Virus record (IMG/VR): IMGVR_UViG_3300033070_001371
Span: 55,216 to 119,215 of that record
Reading direction: 5' to 3' (one strand)
Origin: a virus
Taxonomy: Duplodnaviria; Caudoviricetes
DNA length: 64,000 nt
The position numbers and the translations under genes were made by a program. Positions 18,923-29,938 of the stretch are shown here, piece after piece; positions within the stretch are counted from its first letter, which is position 1, and each line of letters begins with the position of its first letter. The notes beneath the pieces were generated by a model that did no database searches, was not told where the DNA came from, and saw only the letters and a program-made list of their open reading frames with translations.

Positions 18923-19846
18923 ATGTACAACACCGAGACGGTCCAGGCCAACGCAACGGCGTTGAACCAGAAGTTCGTGAGCATGCTCAGCTCCGGCAAC
19001 ACCAAGCTCGCGGAGGAGGCCGGCACGGCGTTCATCCGCTCGATCGTCCGCCAGGAAGCGGCGGTCCGCATGGTGCTGCCCCCGCAGCCCCTCCAGGACG
19101 ACGAGATCGACCGCGACGTCGACTCGGACGAGCCGCGCAAGATCGTGGAGAAGGAGCCTGACAGCTCCGCCACGTACGTGCAGTTCGACGGCACGCCGCG
19201 CGCGCGCTGGTTCCGTGGCAAGCGCTACGTGGTCTACTTCGGCAAGACCCAGAGCGACTTGTTCACGAAGAGCAAGTTCAAGCTGATGTCGTACCAGAAC
19301 GACATCCGCAAGATCTTGGCGGACAACTCGGTGAAGGACCTCGCCGACCAGGAAGACCTGTACTTCCGCCGCACGTGCCTCACGCTCGTGAACCGCAACT
19401 CGGCGAACCAGCGTACCAGCGTGGGCGCGTTCACGAACGGCGCGTTCGTGAAGGGCTTCCAAGCGATGGACAACCGTCGCCGCCCCATCGGCAAGATGCT
19501 CATGACCAACTCGCTGTACCGGGAGGCGATGAACCTCCCGGCCACGCTGATCGGCGACTCGATCGCGCGGAAGCACTACGAGGAGGGCATCGACAAGGAA
19601 GAGCGCCTCTGGGGAATTCCGGTCATCACGACCGCGAAGACCGACATCTACAACCCGCGCGAGTGCTGGATCTTCAGTCCGCAGAACTTCCTGGGGAACT
19701 TCTTCCTCCTCCAGGACGCGACGCTCTTCATCGAGCAGCGCGCGGACATCATCACGTTCTTCTCGTACGCCGCGCCCGGCATCGGCATCGGCAACGCCGA
19801 GTCGATGCAGCAGCTGGTGTTCGACACCCCGCCCTCCTCGATCTGA
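18923..19846 (+). CDS. Major capsid protein (HK97-fold, inferred)
   Basis: 307 aa; strong high-expression codon bias; follows protease/scaffold/decoration genes; N-terminal TKLAE site. Confidence 0.75.
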   Translation: MYNTETVQANATALNQKFVSMLSSGNTKLAEEAGTAFIRSIVRQEAAVRMVLPPQPLQDDEIDRDVDSDEPRKIVEKEPDSSATYVQFDGTPRARWFRGKRYVVYFGKTQSDLFTKSKFKLMSYQNDIRKILADNSVKDLADQEDLYFRRTCLTLVNRNSANQRTSVGAFTNGAFVKGFQAMDNRRRPIGKMLMTNSLYREAMNLPATLIGDSIARKHYEEGIDKEERLWGIPVITTAKTDIYNPRECWIFSPQNFLGNFFLLQDATLFIEQRADIITFFSYAAPGIGIGNAESMQQLVFDTPPSSI

Positions 19847-19884
19847 TCGCTGAGCCGCTGAGGCCGTAGGGCTATCCTTCGGGT

Positions 19885-20265
19885 ATGCCCTACGCCTCCG
19901 ACCGCCAGCGTCGCTTCTTCCACACCGCCACCGCGCGAAAGCACGGCATCACGCCCGCCATGGTGCGTGAATACGACGAGGCGTCGCGCGGCAAGGACCT
20001 CCCCGAAAAGGCCGAGAAGAAGGCCGAGGGCGCCTCCGACGGCGCGACAAGCGGCGTCTCGACGACCGTTGCAGCGCCAAAGCCGCCGTCGTCGAGCGGC
20101 GCGCCGCAGTACAAGAGCGAGGCTGCGAAGGGTGGCCCGCTCCGATTGCCGTGGCCCGGCGACTACAAGCAGAACTTTCTCGAATCCTCCGCGTCGGCGG
20201 CGCAGCGCTCAACCGCCGACAAGTTCCAGGACGGCGAACGCACGACGATGCCGGTGACGCGATGA
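19885..20265 (+). CDS. Hypothetical protein
   Basis: MPYASDRQRRFFH N-terminus typical of small phage virion proteins; TATCCT box 6 nt upstream. Confidence 0.6.
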   Translation: MPYASDRQRRFFHTATARKHGITPAMVREYDEASRGKDLPEKAEKKAEGASDGATSGVSTTVAAPKPPSSSGAPQYKSEAAKGGPLRLPWPGDYKQNFLESSASAAQRSTADKFQDGERTTMPVTR

Positions 20266-20939
20266 CGCCCACCGAGCGCCGCGTCCGCCACCTCGTGCCC
20301 GTGGCCGAGGGAACCGGGGCCGCCTACCCGGCGAGTCGCTCCAACGGAGCGTCGCGCAAGGAGCAGGTGCCCCTGGAGGTCGGCACGTCGTTCGACGCCA
20401 ACGACTTCTTCAACTGGTATGACCGCCCCGTCGACGAGGGGCCTCCATACGCCGTAAAGGGCGCCGCCCACGCCCACGACCGCATGGAGGAGCGCACCCC
20501 GTTCGCGCGCAGCAACGTCCGCCCGCTCCAGCGCGCGGTCGACGCCCTCGGGCTACCGCCGGGCAGCTACCACGTGCCGTTACGCGGCCAAGACGGAACC
20601 GTGCTCGGTTACGCCCAGTTCAAGGCTGTACCCGGGCGCAACCACCCAGTGCTTGCGACAGTGCTCGGGCGCGAGATGAGCCCGAGCGGAGCCGACGTAA
20701 CGACCCTCGTAAAATCAGCAGGGCCTACGCCTGAAACGAATGTCGCACCGATAGCCGAGGGCAAGTTTGACACCGACCACATCGACCCTCGTCCCCCGGA
20801 GTCACGCGCGTGGAACCTCGCGCACCGTCTGGCGGGCCGCGACGAGACGAAGCGCTACGCAATCCGGCGGGCCTTCGACCATATGGCCGAACCGACGGGC
20901 GACGCGCAGGAGTCGCCGGTGGAGTCGCCACAACCATGA
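20262..20939 (+). CDS. Hypothetical protein
   Basis: ATGA coupling; VKGAA, VKSAG. Confidence 0.55.
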   Translation: MTPTERRVRHLVPVAEGTGAAYPASRSNGASRKEQVPLEVGTSFDANDFFNWYDRPVDEGPPYAVKGAAHAHDRMEERTPFARSNVRPLQRAVDALGLPPGSYHVPLRGQDGTVLGYAQFKAVPGRNHPVLATVLGREMSPSGADVTTLVKSAGPTPETNVAPIAEGKFDTDHIDPRPPESRAWNLAHRLAGRDETKRYAIRRAFDHMAEPTGDAQESPVESPQP

Positions 20940-21760
20940 ACCTCAAGATCACTCGCTTGAGCGCATTGTTCCCGTACGGATACTTCGTGCAGTGGACGAT
21001 CGACGACGTCACGCCCTCCGAGAGCGGCGTATTTCAGTTCTCGCTCTACCGGAGCGGCGGCCCCGAAGGCCCGTGGGAGTTGTTGTTCAGTGGAAACGAT
21101 CAGTACTCGTTCAACGACAAGTTCAACGCGGTCACATCCACGTTTGACGAGCTTCAGCCAAACTCGCTACGACTCTTCCAAGAGGTCCACTATCGCGTTG
21201 TATGTCGCTTGCCGTCAGGCGCGACGCTAGAGACAAAGGAGGAGACTGGGCCTGTCTTCACAGATCGAAAGATGTCTCAGTACCTACGCAAGACGCAGCG
21301 CGACTTCCGACTCACCTTGAAGTTCAACGGCACCCGCGTCGTGCTGCTCAAGAAACGGCGCTGGGGCGTACGGTGCCTGAAGTGCACTGACAAACGCACC
21401 AAAGAGGTCGTACGGCCGAACTGTGCGGAGTGCTGGGGAACCGGCTTCGTCGGCGGCTACTGGTCGCCGTTCGTGACGTACGCCCGCAGCAACGTCACGG
21501 CCAACACGTCGTCCGTCGGTCCGAACCAGAAGAGCGACGCCAACGACGGATCGTTCTGGCTGCCCGACTACCCAACCCTGGAGCGCGACGACATCCTCGT
21601 GCGGCTATCAGACAACCGCCGCTTCCGCCTCGACCAGCAGGTCGAGACCCAGATCCAGCTGAACTCCGCGCACCAGGAGGTCTCGGGCCAGGAGCTGCCG
21701 CACGACCACGTACTCTATCGGTACCCACTGAACCCCAACGCCATCGAGCCGCTGTACTGA
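20936..21760 (+). CDS. Head-closure/neck protein with Zn-binding CxxC...CxxCWGTG
   Basis: RCLKC...CAECWGTGFVGGY; position between capsid and tail genes. Confidence 0.6.
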   Translation: MNLKITRLSALFPYGYFVQWTIDDVTPSESGVFQFSLYRSGGPEGPWELLFSGNDQYSFNDKFNAVTSTFDELQPNSLRLFQEVHYRVVCRLPSGATLETKEETGPVFTDRKMSQYLRKTQRDFRLTLKFNGTRVVLLKKRRWGVRCLKCTDKRTKEVVRPNCAECWGTGFVGGYWSPFVTYARSNVTANTSSVGPNQKSDANDGSFWLPDYPTLERDDILVRLSDNRRFRLDQQVETQIQLNSAHQEVSGQELPHDHVLYRYPLNPNAIEPLY

Positions 21761-21761
21761 C

Positions 21762-22463
21762 ATGACCGACGTCCGACCCTTCTTCGGCACCGCCCGCGTC
21801 GACGACCAGCACCCCGACATCTTCCCTGGGTCGCCGATGGCGCTCGTCGCCGTGTTCACCAACTGCCTCCAGGCGCGCTTCAGCGGCGCGAACGCGCACG
21901 ACAACCCGTACGTCTGGGGGCCTGACGCGCAGCCACTGCGCCCCGAGGACGGACAGACCCGGATCTACATCGAAAGCCAGTACACCGATGAGCCCGACGC
22001 GCGCGACCGTACACCTGCGCTACTCGTCGAAAAGGGCGTCACGCAACCGCAGCAAGTCGTGCTCGGTAACCGCGCTGACATCGACCGCCCGTCGATGACC
22101 GAGCTGTTCATCGCGTGGGCCAACGTGCCGATCTCGGTCCTGTGCACAGCAGAGAATCGCGGCACGTCAGCGACGCTGGCGGACGTGGTGTTCGCATTCT
22201 TCTTCGGGTCGAAGAACCACATCCGACAGGCGTTCAACATCCACGACCTCTCCTCGCCGACGATCAGCGACACGCAGCCGTACCGTCCGGCGAGCAGCAA
22301 CGTCGAGACGTGGGTGACTACCGTCACGATGACCGCGATGATCAAGTTCGCGTGGCGCACACGCCCGATCGCACCCCTGCTCAAAGAGATCGCCGCGAAG
22401 ATGGACTTCGGCAACGGCGATGGGTTCGAGCTGCGCGCCCTCGACCTGCGCAACGCGCGATGA
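21762..22463 (+). CDS. Putative tail completion/terminator protein
   Basis: Immediately upstream of sheath; size and synteny only. Confidence 0.5.
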   Translation: MTDVRPFFGTARVDDQHPDIFPGSPMALVAVFTNCLQARFSGANAHDNPYVWGPDAQPLRPEDGQTRIYIESQYTDEPDARDRTPALLVEKGVTQPQQVVLGNRADIDRPSMTELFIAWANVPISVLCTAENRGTSATLADVVFAFFFGSKNHIRQAFNIHDLSSPTISDTQPYRPASSNVETWVTTVTMTAMIKFAWRTRPIAPLLKEIAAKMDFGNGDGFELRALDLRNAR

Positions 22464-22517
22464 ACCTCACGCCGTAAAGAGATCCTATCTTTCAGCCGAC
22501 ACCGGAGAGGACACCAC

Positions 22518-25500
22518 ATGGCACGGCCCCTCGTTCTGATCTTCCAGGAGCTCGCGTCGCCGCAGGCGACGCCGAACACCCCCGACCTCAACACCATCGT
22601 CGTGGGTCCGGCCTACGACCTGTTCGACTACCCAGACGACGCGGCGACGATCCTGCTGCCGTCGACGTACGGGCAGCTGGAGGCGCGCGCCGGTAACGGC
22701 ACGTATCCCGGCTACCAGCCGCCCGCGACCGGCGCCGACGCCGTCACGGTGCTCGACGGCGGATACCCCGGGCAGAGCGCCGGGTCGAAGGTCGACCACG
22801 CGTCGATCAAGGCGGTGCTCCGCCTGCCGCGCGTCGTGCTCGGCTCGACGTACCTCGGCGCAGGGGTCGCCCCGGTGTTCGGTGGCGGCGTCACCACGAC
22901 GACCGCCGACCGCACACTCGTGACGATCACGGGCGGCATCACGACGGACTTCGTCGCGGCAGGCATCCAGCCGGGCGACCGCGTGATCCTCACGTCGTCG
23001 CAGGCGGGCGTCGAGCAGACGGTCGTGCGCGTCGTGCAGAGCGTCGGCGAACCGAACGGCTCGGGCCTCGTCGCGCCGGGCAACGAGGGCAAGCTGCGCC
23101 TAACGCAGCAGTTGCCAGACTCGGGAGCGGGCCTTGGTCAGTGGACCTACGACGCCAACACCGAGATTCGCGTCGAGCGCACACTCGCGACCCAAGACCT
23201 GCTCGATCCCACCGACTCGATCGTGACTTTCCCCGAGCCCGGCTCCGACAAGCTGGTGATCAAGGGCGGTGTCACGCTGTCGGTGGCGTTGACGCCGGTC
23301 GCAACTGTCGCGGTGCCCGCCCCGGCCACGTCGACGGTAGCGCGCACGCTGTCGTACGCCGAGGTCTACCTCGCGTACCGCGCGCTGCGCCAGGACCTCC
23401 AGGAAGTCGGCTCGGTCACGTCGGACGACATCCGCGTGGTCGGGGGCGTCTCGACGCTGGTCGGCCTGGGCAAGATCGACGCACGCAACCCGCTGGCTGT
23501 CGGTGCGTTCCTCGCGCTCCAGAACGGCGGGACGGTGCCAATCTACTACTTCGGTGTCGCCACTGACGACGCCGCAGGCCACACGGCTGCGCGTGGCGCG
23601 ATGTCGAACCGTCGCGATCTGTACTGCTTCGTACCGCTGACGCAAGACCTGAACGTTCACGCAGCGTACAAGGCCGAGTTCGACCAGATGGCGGACCCGA
23701 ACTTCGCGCAGACCAACGGCGTGATCCAGAAGTTCCGCATCGTGCTCGGGTCGATCCCGCTCCCGACGACGGAGACGATCTACTCCGGTTCGATCTCCGG
23801 CGTCGCGCAGGCCCCGACCGGAGTCAACACCAACCGCTACCGCACCGTCTCCATCGCCGCCGTCTCGACGGGGTCAATCAGCGTGCGTGCAGTGCTGCCG
23901 GGCGACACCGTGACCTTCGGACTGACTCCGAGCTCCTCGGATTGGCAGAGCCGGCGCGGCACGCACACCGTGAGCCACATCAACAGCTCGAAAGACTACC
24001 CGAACCCGGGTGATCCGAGCGCTTTCGAGGTCGTGCCCGGCTCGTCCCGCTGGGACGACTCGGCAGGCGCCGTCGCAGGCGACATCGAGCTGTTGATCCG
24101 TGCGCCGGACGGCACCGTCAAGGTGTCGAACCTTTCGCAGGTCGACATCTCCACGGGCGCTGGCGGCACGCTCGGCACAGTGCGCTACGCGATGAAGAAT
24201 CCCACGGTGGTCGGAGGCCCGTACACGGTGCTGTACGCGGCGAGCCCTGGCCTGCCCGCTGTGACGGTTACCGTCGCAGGCTTCGCGATCACTGTGACGG
24301 TCGACGGCACGTCCCACACCCACACGCAGGTCGTGAACGCCGTAAACGCCCACCCGGTGGTGTCGTCTCTTCTGCTGGCCTCGGTCCAGGGAGGCGGAGG
24401 AAACATCGTGCTCCCGGATTCGCAGGATAAACGCGATCCCATCAGCGGTCAGACCGGCGCAGCAGCGAACATCGTCGTCGGCGCGGCCGTGGGCAACATG
24501 CGCGTCACTGGCCTCACGGGCATGACAGCGCTGAGCGTCGGGAACTACCTGACGATCAGCGGTGCGGCCTCGGTCGCCAACAATGGCACGTTCTTGATTG
24601 CGGCGTTCAATAACGCCAACTCGGTGGACGTAGTCAACGCGGGCGCCGTCATCCCTGACGCAAACAACGGTGCGCTCGCGTGGATCGAGCGGCGCCCGTA
24701 CACCTCGATCGTGCCGGTCGTCGGGTCGTGCACCGCGACGGTCGCGCTGAACGACGATCTGTACAACCGCCTGGAAGATGGCAGCGCGACTTTCCTCGCG
24801 GCGGGCGTCCTGCCGGGCGACACGATCGAGTTCCCGCTCGACCCGAACAACTACGGGCCGACGGCGTTCGAGGGGCGCGTGCTGTCCTACAAGGTCAGCA
24901 CCGTGCAGAACGAGAACCGCCTGCTGATCGCGAACGGCGAAGACGACACCGGCTCGGTCGCGAAGGAGTTGCCGCACTTCTTCGCGCGCGACCTCCAAGA
25001 TCGCTACATCGACAACACGACACCCAACGCGCAGAACTACCGCATCCTGCGGGCGCTTTCGCTGGAAGACCAGATCCTCGCACTCGTGACCATTGCGCAG
25101 TCGGTGCGCTCGAAGCGCTTGACTGTGATGTGGCCTGATCAAGTCGAGGTCTCGGACTTGCGCGATGGCGCACTGCCGCGCGCGGTGCCATCAACGCGAA
25201 CGCTCGCGGGACTCCAACCGAGCTTCTACCTCGCGTGCGCGGTCGGCGGCGTGATCGCCGGCATCCCGCCCCAGGCAGGTCTCACTAACGGCACGTTCAT
25301 CGGCTTCACCAAGCTGGTGCACGCGCAGGGCTACTTCAGCGAGCCGCAGCTGTCGCGCCTCTCGGACGGCGGCCTGTTCGTCTGCGTGCAGCGCACGCCG
25401 GGCGCTCTGCCCGAGTGCATCCACCAGCTGACGACGGACCCGACGGCCATCGAGGTCGGCGAGCTCTCGGTCGTGAAGAACGTCGACTTCTTGTCGAAGT

Positions 25501-25757
25501 TCTTCCAGGACATCCTGGAGACCTTCATCGGCCAGTACAACGTGCTACCCGAGACAATCAACGAAATCTCGCGCGCGGTCTCCGACGGCGCCGAGCAGCT
25601 CAAGGGACGCCGCGTCGCCCGCTTCGGCCCGCCGTTGCTCGAAGGGTCGATCACCTCGATCGGCGTGAGCGAGTTCTCGGCGGACCGCATCGAGCTGTTC
25701 TTCAACGGCAAGGTGCCGAAGCCCTTGAACACGGTGGCCTTCCACCTCGTGGTGTGA
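22518..25757 (+). CDS. Contractile tail sheath protein with large insertions
   Basis: 1079 aa; C-terminal sheath-like core (YLACAVGG...HQLTTD...ELSVVKNVDF...VPKPLNTVAFHLVV); precedes tube. Confidence 0.8.
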   Translation: MARPLVLIFQELASPQATPNTPDLNTIVVGPAYDLFDYPDDAATILLPSTYGQLEARAGNGTYPGYQPPATGADAVTVLDGGYPGQSAGSKVDHASIKAVLRLPRVVLGSTYLGAGVAPVFGGGVTTTTADRTLVTITGGITTDFVAAGIQPGDRVILTSSQAGVEQTVVRVVQSVGEPNGSGLVAPGNEGKLRLTQQLPDSGAGLGQWTYDANTEIRVERTLATQDLLDPTDSIVTFPEPGSDKLVIKGGVTLSVALTPVATVAVPAPATSTVARTLSYAEVYLAYRALRQDLQEVGSVTSDDIRVVGGVSTLVGLGKIDARNPLAVGAFLALQNGGTVPIYYFGVATDDAAGHTAARGAMSNRRDLYCFVPLTQDLNVHAAYKAEFDQMADPNFAQTNGVIQKFRIVLGSIPLPTTETIYSGSISGVAQAPTGVNTNRYRTVSIAAVSTGSISVRAVLPGDTVTFGLTPSSSDWQSRRGTHTVSHINSSKDYPNPGDPSAFEVVPGSSRWDDSAGAVAGDIELLIRAPDGTVKVSNLSQVDISTGAGGTLGTVRYAMKNPTVVGGPYTVLYAASPGLPAVTVTVAGFAITVTVDGTSHTHTQVVNAVNAHPVVSSLLLASVQGGGGNIVLPDSQDKRDPISGQTGAAANIVVGAAVGNMRVTGLTGMTALSVGNYLTISGAASVANNGTFLIAAFNNANSVDVVNAGAVIPDANNGALAWIERRPYTSIVPVVGSCTATVALNDDLYNRLEDGSATFLAAGVLPGDTIEFPLDPNNYGPTAFEGRVLSYKVSTVQNENRLLIANGEDDTGSVAKELPHFFARDLQDRYIDNTTPNAQNYRILRALSLEDQILALVTIAQSVRSKRLTVMWPDQVEVSDLRDGALPRAVPSTRTLAGLQPSFYLACAVGGVIAGIPPQAGLTNGTFIGFTKLVHAQGYFSEPQLSRLSDGGLFVCVQRTPGALPECIHQLTTDPTAIEVGELSVVKNVDFLSKFFQDILETFIGQYNVLPETINEISRAVSDGAEQLKGRRVARFGPPLLEGSITSIGVSEFSADRIELFFNGKVPKPLNTVAFHLVV

Positions 25758-26293
25758 TGATGGACGCGAAGCAGAAGATCGCCTTCTGGGGCGCCATCGC
25801 GCGCATGGGCGGCGGCCTCGCGCGCGGCGCCGGCAACTTCGGCAAGGGGTTGCTCGGCATGGGCGCGCTCTCGTCGGCGGGCAAAGCCGGCAAGGCGATG
25901 AACTTCGCGGGCAAGGCCACGGGCGTGGTCGCGCCCGTGGCCGGCGCCATGAGCGCAGGCCAGGGTGCGTCGTTCATGGGCATGGGCGGCGCCCCGAAGA
26001 CCGGCTCGCTCGTGCTCGACCGCGTCGCGACGAAGGTCGCGCGCCTCGGCCCGAGCGACCTCGCCGACATCGCGAGCTACGGCAGCTTCATCGGCGCCAA
26101 GCTCACCGACCCTCACACCCATCCGCGTCTGCACGCCGCGCTCGACGCGGCGGGGCTGCTCGGACTCGGCGCCACCACGGCGCACAGTCTCGCGACGAAC
26201 CCTGCCGACCGCGCCCCGTCGGCGAAAGACCTCATCGGGCTCGCCCTCATGGGCTCGGCCCTCTACGACCGCGCGAAGACGCACGGGCACTGA
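25757..26293 (+). CDS. Gly/Ala-rich hydrophobic protein
   Basis: TGATG coupling; QKIAF, PKTGS, TKVAR. Confidence 0.6.
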   Translation: MMDAKQKIAFWGAIARMGGGLARGAGNFGKGLLGMGALSSAGKAGKAMNFAGKATGVVAPVAGAMSAGQGASFMGMGGAPKTGSLVLDRVATKVARLGPSDLADIASYGSFIGAKLTDPHTHPRLHAALDAAGLLGLGATTAHSLATNPADRAPSAKDLIGLALMGSALYDRAKTHGH

Positions 26294-26328
26294 ACCTGGA
26301 CCCCTATCCTACGGAGTAGAGAGAGCCC

Positions 26329-27114
26329 ATGCCCACGTACCCGATCGGCGTCACCAAGTCCCTCGCCACGTGGTCCCTTCAGCGGAACCACGTCGAGCGC
26401 ATCCTCGACAACGCGACGTACGACGCCGCGCACCCGGACGACACGCTGCTGCTCGCCGGTCCGGCGCGTCGTTCCGTCGCCCGCCCAGAGCGCAACACGC
26501 CCCGCACGCTGATGGCGCTCGGGATGTTTACGGCGTTTGGGGTGCAGACCCAGGCGCCCGTCACACCGATGATGTCGATCGGCTCCGGCCGCTCGTACTT
26601 CCTGCGCGGCAAATCGCAGTCGTCGTGGAACGTGCAGCGCGTCATGATCAACGGGCGCAACTTGCTGCGCGCGCTGTATCACAACGCGGTCGAAGTCGGC
26701 GGGCTCAACCCTGACCAGTTCGACGACCCGGCCGCGTTCGAGGGCGCGCCGAACTCGCAATTCTTCATCAACCTGGACAGCGAGCTGTTCTACATCCCCT
26801 TCGGCATGGCCGTGATCATGCGCACCAAGAGCCGCACGCTCGTCGCGAGCTGCTACCTGGAGCTCTGCATGATCAACTCGTGGGGCATGCAGATCGGCGC
26901 CGGGCAGGCGATGGTCATGGAGCAGGTCTCCGGCTTCTGCGACCGCATCTTGCCCTATCAGGCATCGGACGCAATGGAGGTCCCCTCCGTCGGTCGCGCA
27001 CTCATGGACGCGGTGCTCGGCCTCGCGCCCAACGTCTTCCCAACGCCGACGTACAACCGCATGGGCGCGTTCGGCGATACCGGCCTCGGAGACTCCACCG
27101 TCAACGCGCTGTAG
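26329..27114 (+). CDS. Tail tube protein
   Basis: Follows sheath; SIGSGRSYFLRG and YLELCMINSWG beta-rich pattern. Confidence 0.65.
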   Translation: MPTYPIGVTKSLATWSLQRNHVERILDNATYDAAHPDDTLLLAGPARRSVARPERNTPRTLMALGMFTAFGVQTQAPVTPMMSIGSGRSYFLRGKSQSSWNVQRVMINGRNLLRALYHNAVEVGGLNPDQFDDPAAFEGAPNSQFFINLDSELFYIPFGMAVIMRTKSRTLVASCYLELCMINSWGMQIGAGQAMVMEQVSGFCDRILPYQASDAMEVPSVGRALMDAVLGLAPNVFPTPTYNRMGAFGDTGLGDSTVNAL

Positions 27115-27128
27115 CGTACGCTTCGGGC

Positions 27129-28598
27129 ATGGCAGCCCGTCGCTCTCCCGCCGCCCGGCCCTCCAGCCGCCTCAACTCCCAGCCAGACCCGCTCATCCCG
27201 CAAGGCATGGCCGACCCACGCGGTGCAGGCCCTCTTGCCGGCGCGACCGGCGTAGGCACGCCTCACATCGAGCGCGGCACGATCCTCAGCTGCGATGCGC
27301 GCGGACAGGTCTATCGCGTCGCGCTCAACTCCGGGCGAACGATGCAGATGGGCCGCATCCGCGCCCACCCCGGTGATGCGACACTGCTGCCTCCGCGCAC
27401 GATCGTCGTAGTGACGTGGGCGCTTGGGCTGCCGTACATCATGGGCGTACTGCCTCCCGAAGTCGCAGTCGTCGACTCCGAAACGCCACAATCAGTCACC
27501 GACGTGACAGGGCACGGAGGCGACGACCCGATGCTCCAGCGTAACCTCGGGGCCAACTCGCGCGCGCCAAACGAGCCGCGCGACATCTTGCCGGGCGACT
27601 TCGTCGGCAGGAGCGCCGACGGTGCGTCTGTCGCGGCGCTACACGGCAAAGTGGCGCAGCTACGCGGCGGTCCACTCGCAAAGGTGCAGACGTTCGGCGA
27701 AAGCGACCTCGTGCAGATCGTAACGGGTTTGTACCGCATGGTCTCGTGGATGGGCGAAAGCCGAATCATCAACGAAAACGGCAAGACGTCGTTCATCTGG
27801 CGCGGCGGTACTGACCAGATCACGCAAACGGGTGCCGACGAGGAGAACTACACGATCCGCCTCGACGTAGGCCACACCGGCGACGTGGTCAAGCTGGAGG
27901 TCACCAACCGCGAAGGGCAAGCGCTGTTTCGCTTCCACGTGAGCGCGACAGGCGCATGCGAGATCTTCGCTGCGGGCGGACTAAACCAGCACGGCGGCGG
28001 CGCCGAGAAAGACGTGCATCCTGTACGTTTCTACGGGCGACGTGAGACCGAAGTCGAAGGCAGCAGCGACGAACGCGTCAGCGGTAACGCCACGATGCGC
28101 CACGAAGCCAACCTCCAACACGACGTAGGCAACAACGTGACACAGAACGTCGGTGGCTCGCACTCGACGTACGTCACACAAGACCAGACTGTTCAAGTCG
28201 GCGGCAACGCCAGTGAGACCGTCGCCGGTCGGCGGACGGTCATCTCGCGCGGTCGAATGCGGTTCGAGGTGCGCGACCGTCAGCTTTACGCGGTACAGGC
28301 GCTTGGCGGGAATATCGAGTTCACACCCCAAGGCTCAACCTTCAAGGTCATCACGGCACAGCCAGACGCAGTGCAGCTCGGCCCGGCCGGCAGTCACGCA
28401 ACGAAGTACGAAGAGCTCAGCACCGCGATGTCCGCGTTCAAAACCCAACTGGACCTCTTGCACGGACTCGTGGCGACACACATTCACCCCCCGTCTGGAC
28501 CCACGTTCACCGCACCGTCACCGACCCTCGCGCCACTGGCCAACCCCCTGACGCTGGACCTGTCTTCCGCGCGCTGCACCACGACGAAGGTCGGCTGA
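27129..28598 (+). CDS. Baseplate central spike (gp5/VgrG-like)
   Basis: OB-like N-terminus, beta-helix repeats (VGNNVTQNVGGSHSTYV...VGGNASETVAG), C-terminal HIH metal motif. Confidence 0.7.
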   Translation: MAARRSPAARPSSRLNSQPDPLIPQGMADPRGAGPLAGATGVGTPHIERGTILSCDARGQVYRVALNSGRTMQMGRIRAHPGDATLLPPRTIVVVTWALGLPYIMGVLPPEVAVVDSETPQSVTDVTGHGGDDPMLQRNLGANSRAPNEPRDILPGDFVGRSADGASVAALHGKVAQLRGGPLAKVQTFGESDLVQIVTGLYRMVSWMGESRIINENGKTSFIWRGGTDQITQTGADEENYTIRLDVGHTGDVVKLEVTNREGQALFRFHVSATGACEIFAAGGLNQHGGGAEKDVHPVRFYGRRETEVEGSSDERVSGNATMRHEANLQHDVGNNVTQNVGGSHSTYVTQDQTVQVGGNASETVAGRRTVISRGRMRFEVRDRQLYAVQALGGNIEFTPQGSTFKVITAQPDAVQLGPAGSHATKYEELSTAMSAFKTQLDLLHGLVATHIHPPSGPTFTAPSPTLAPLANPLTLDLSSARCTTTKVG

Positions 28599-28646
28599 CT
28601 ATAATCTCCGCGCCGGCTCTACTAACAGGGCCGCCAGGAGCTCACC

Positions 28647-29927
28647 ATGTACGCAGAGATTACCGTCATCGCCAACGCGCCCTCCGTCGCGCAAGACGTG
28701 CTCGGGTTGGAAGCATCGACGCCCGAAGCCCAGTTCACGCGGTTGTCCGTCGACGGCGGCGACACCGTCATCGTGCGCTGCTCTGGCGCAGTCTGGGACC
28801 GTCTTCGTCCGCAGCTGCGCAAGCTGACGCAGATGCGCATCCCCGCGTTGGACACCAACGGCGCGGTGATCCCAAACCACACGCGCCCGGCGATCTCTCA
28901 CACGATGGAGTGGGTGCCCGGCGACCGTCCACGCATCCATCAAGTCGAAGGCTCGGTCTCGGTGGCCGGCGGCGCTGCGCTCACAGTGCGCGGCGAGAAC
29001 CTGATCCCCGGACTCAAGGCCACGCTCAACATCTACCGCGAGCGTGTGAACCTCGGCTCGTTCGGCGCGGCGGGAAAGACGCCGCTGTACAACAAGCCTG
29101 AGCTGCTGCTGACGTTCACGGCGGTCCAGAAGGGCCCCGGCGGCAACAACATCGGCGTGCTGATCGCAGCAGCCTCCGGCGCTGGTTCAGTGTCCGTCGA
29201 GGAGTACGCCGACGGCAAGGTCCTCATCACCATCGTGCCAGCAGCTGGCGCGTCGGACACCACGTCGATCGCGGCACAGGTCGCAGGCTCGGCGCTCGCG
29301 TCGGTCTGGATCAGCGCGACGGCGGTCATCGCGGCACAGCAAGTCGCGCCGTTCGCGAACAAGCAGGCCGTCGTTGGCCCGAACGCAGTGCCGCAGCGTC
29401 CGTTCCGCTTCCTCGCGGGCGGCGACGGCACGGGTTCGGCGTTCGCCGACCTCCTGGTGTCGGGCACAGACCCGACCAACCGCCTTCGCCTCCAAGCGCA
29501 GCGCGCGGGCAACCAAGGCAATCTCATCAACGTGACGATCCGCATGAGCCAAGGCGCTGCGGTCGTGACCACGACGGGCAACAGCATCGTCGTCGACTTC
29601 ACGCAGGCCAACCGCACGCTCGCCCAAGTCGCTGCCGCAATCAACGGTGACGCGGCGGCATCGGCGCTCGTGCGCGCAACGGCTGTGGGCGCAGGCAACC
29701 TCGTGGACGTGGCTCGCACCTACCTCGCGTGCGGAGCGGGCGAGCAGGCCGTGGCTCAGATCGGCGGCGCTCCGGCCGCGATCACGCTGCACACCGACAC
29801 GGATCTGGTGGCGACGGCGACGGCCGGTGCTCTGGGAACGGCTGGCGTGGTGGCCGGCGAAGTGGCGGGCTTGAACCTGCTGCTCGACTACAAGGTACTC
29901 ACCGCGTCGCTCGTCGCGGTCGCCTGA
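28647..29927 (+). CDS. Virion structural protein with two sheath-insertion-like domains
   Basis: AGGAG SD; TATAAT upstream; repeated 'L..TA...G..GN.I.V...T..VAAAIN' unit. Confidence 0.65.
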   Translation: MYAEITVIANAPSVAQDVLGLEASTPEAQFTRLSVDGGDTVIVRCSGAVWDRLRPQLRKLTQMRIPALDTNGAVIPNHTRPAISHTMEWVPGDRPRIHQVEGSVSVAGGAALTVRGENLIPGLKATLNIYRERVNLGSFGAAGKTPLYNKPELLLTFTAVQKGPGGNNIGVLIAAASGAGSVSVEEYADGKVLITIVPAAGASDTTSIAAQVAGSALASVWISATAVIAAQQVAPFANKQAVVGPNAVPQRPFRFLAGGDGTGSAFADLLVSGTDPTNRLRLQAQRAGNQGNLINVTIRMSQGAAVVTTTGNSIVVDFTQANRTLAQVAAAINGDAAASALVRATAVGAGNLVDVARTYLACGAGEQAVAQIGGAPAAITLHTDTDLVATATAGALGTAGVVAGEVAGLNLLLDYKVLTASLVAVA

Positions 29928-29938
29928 TCCCGGCGGCG

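Noticed and set aside
22518-28598. Bacterial T6SS/eCIS/tailocin locus
   Set aside because: Capsid, protease and scaffold genes plus tRNAs and endolysin indicate a complete phage
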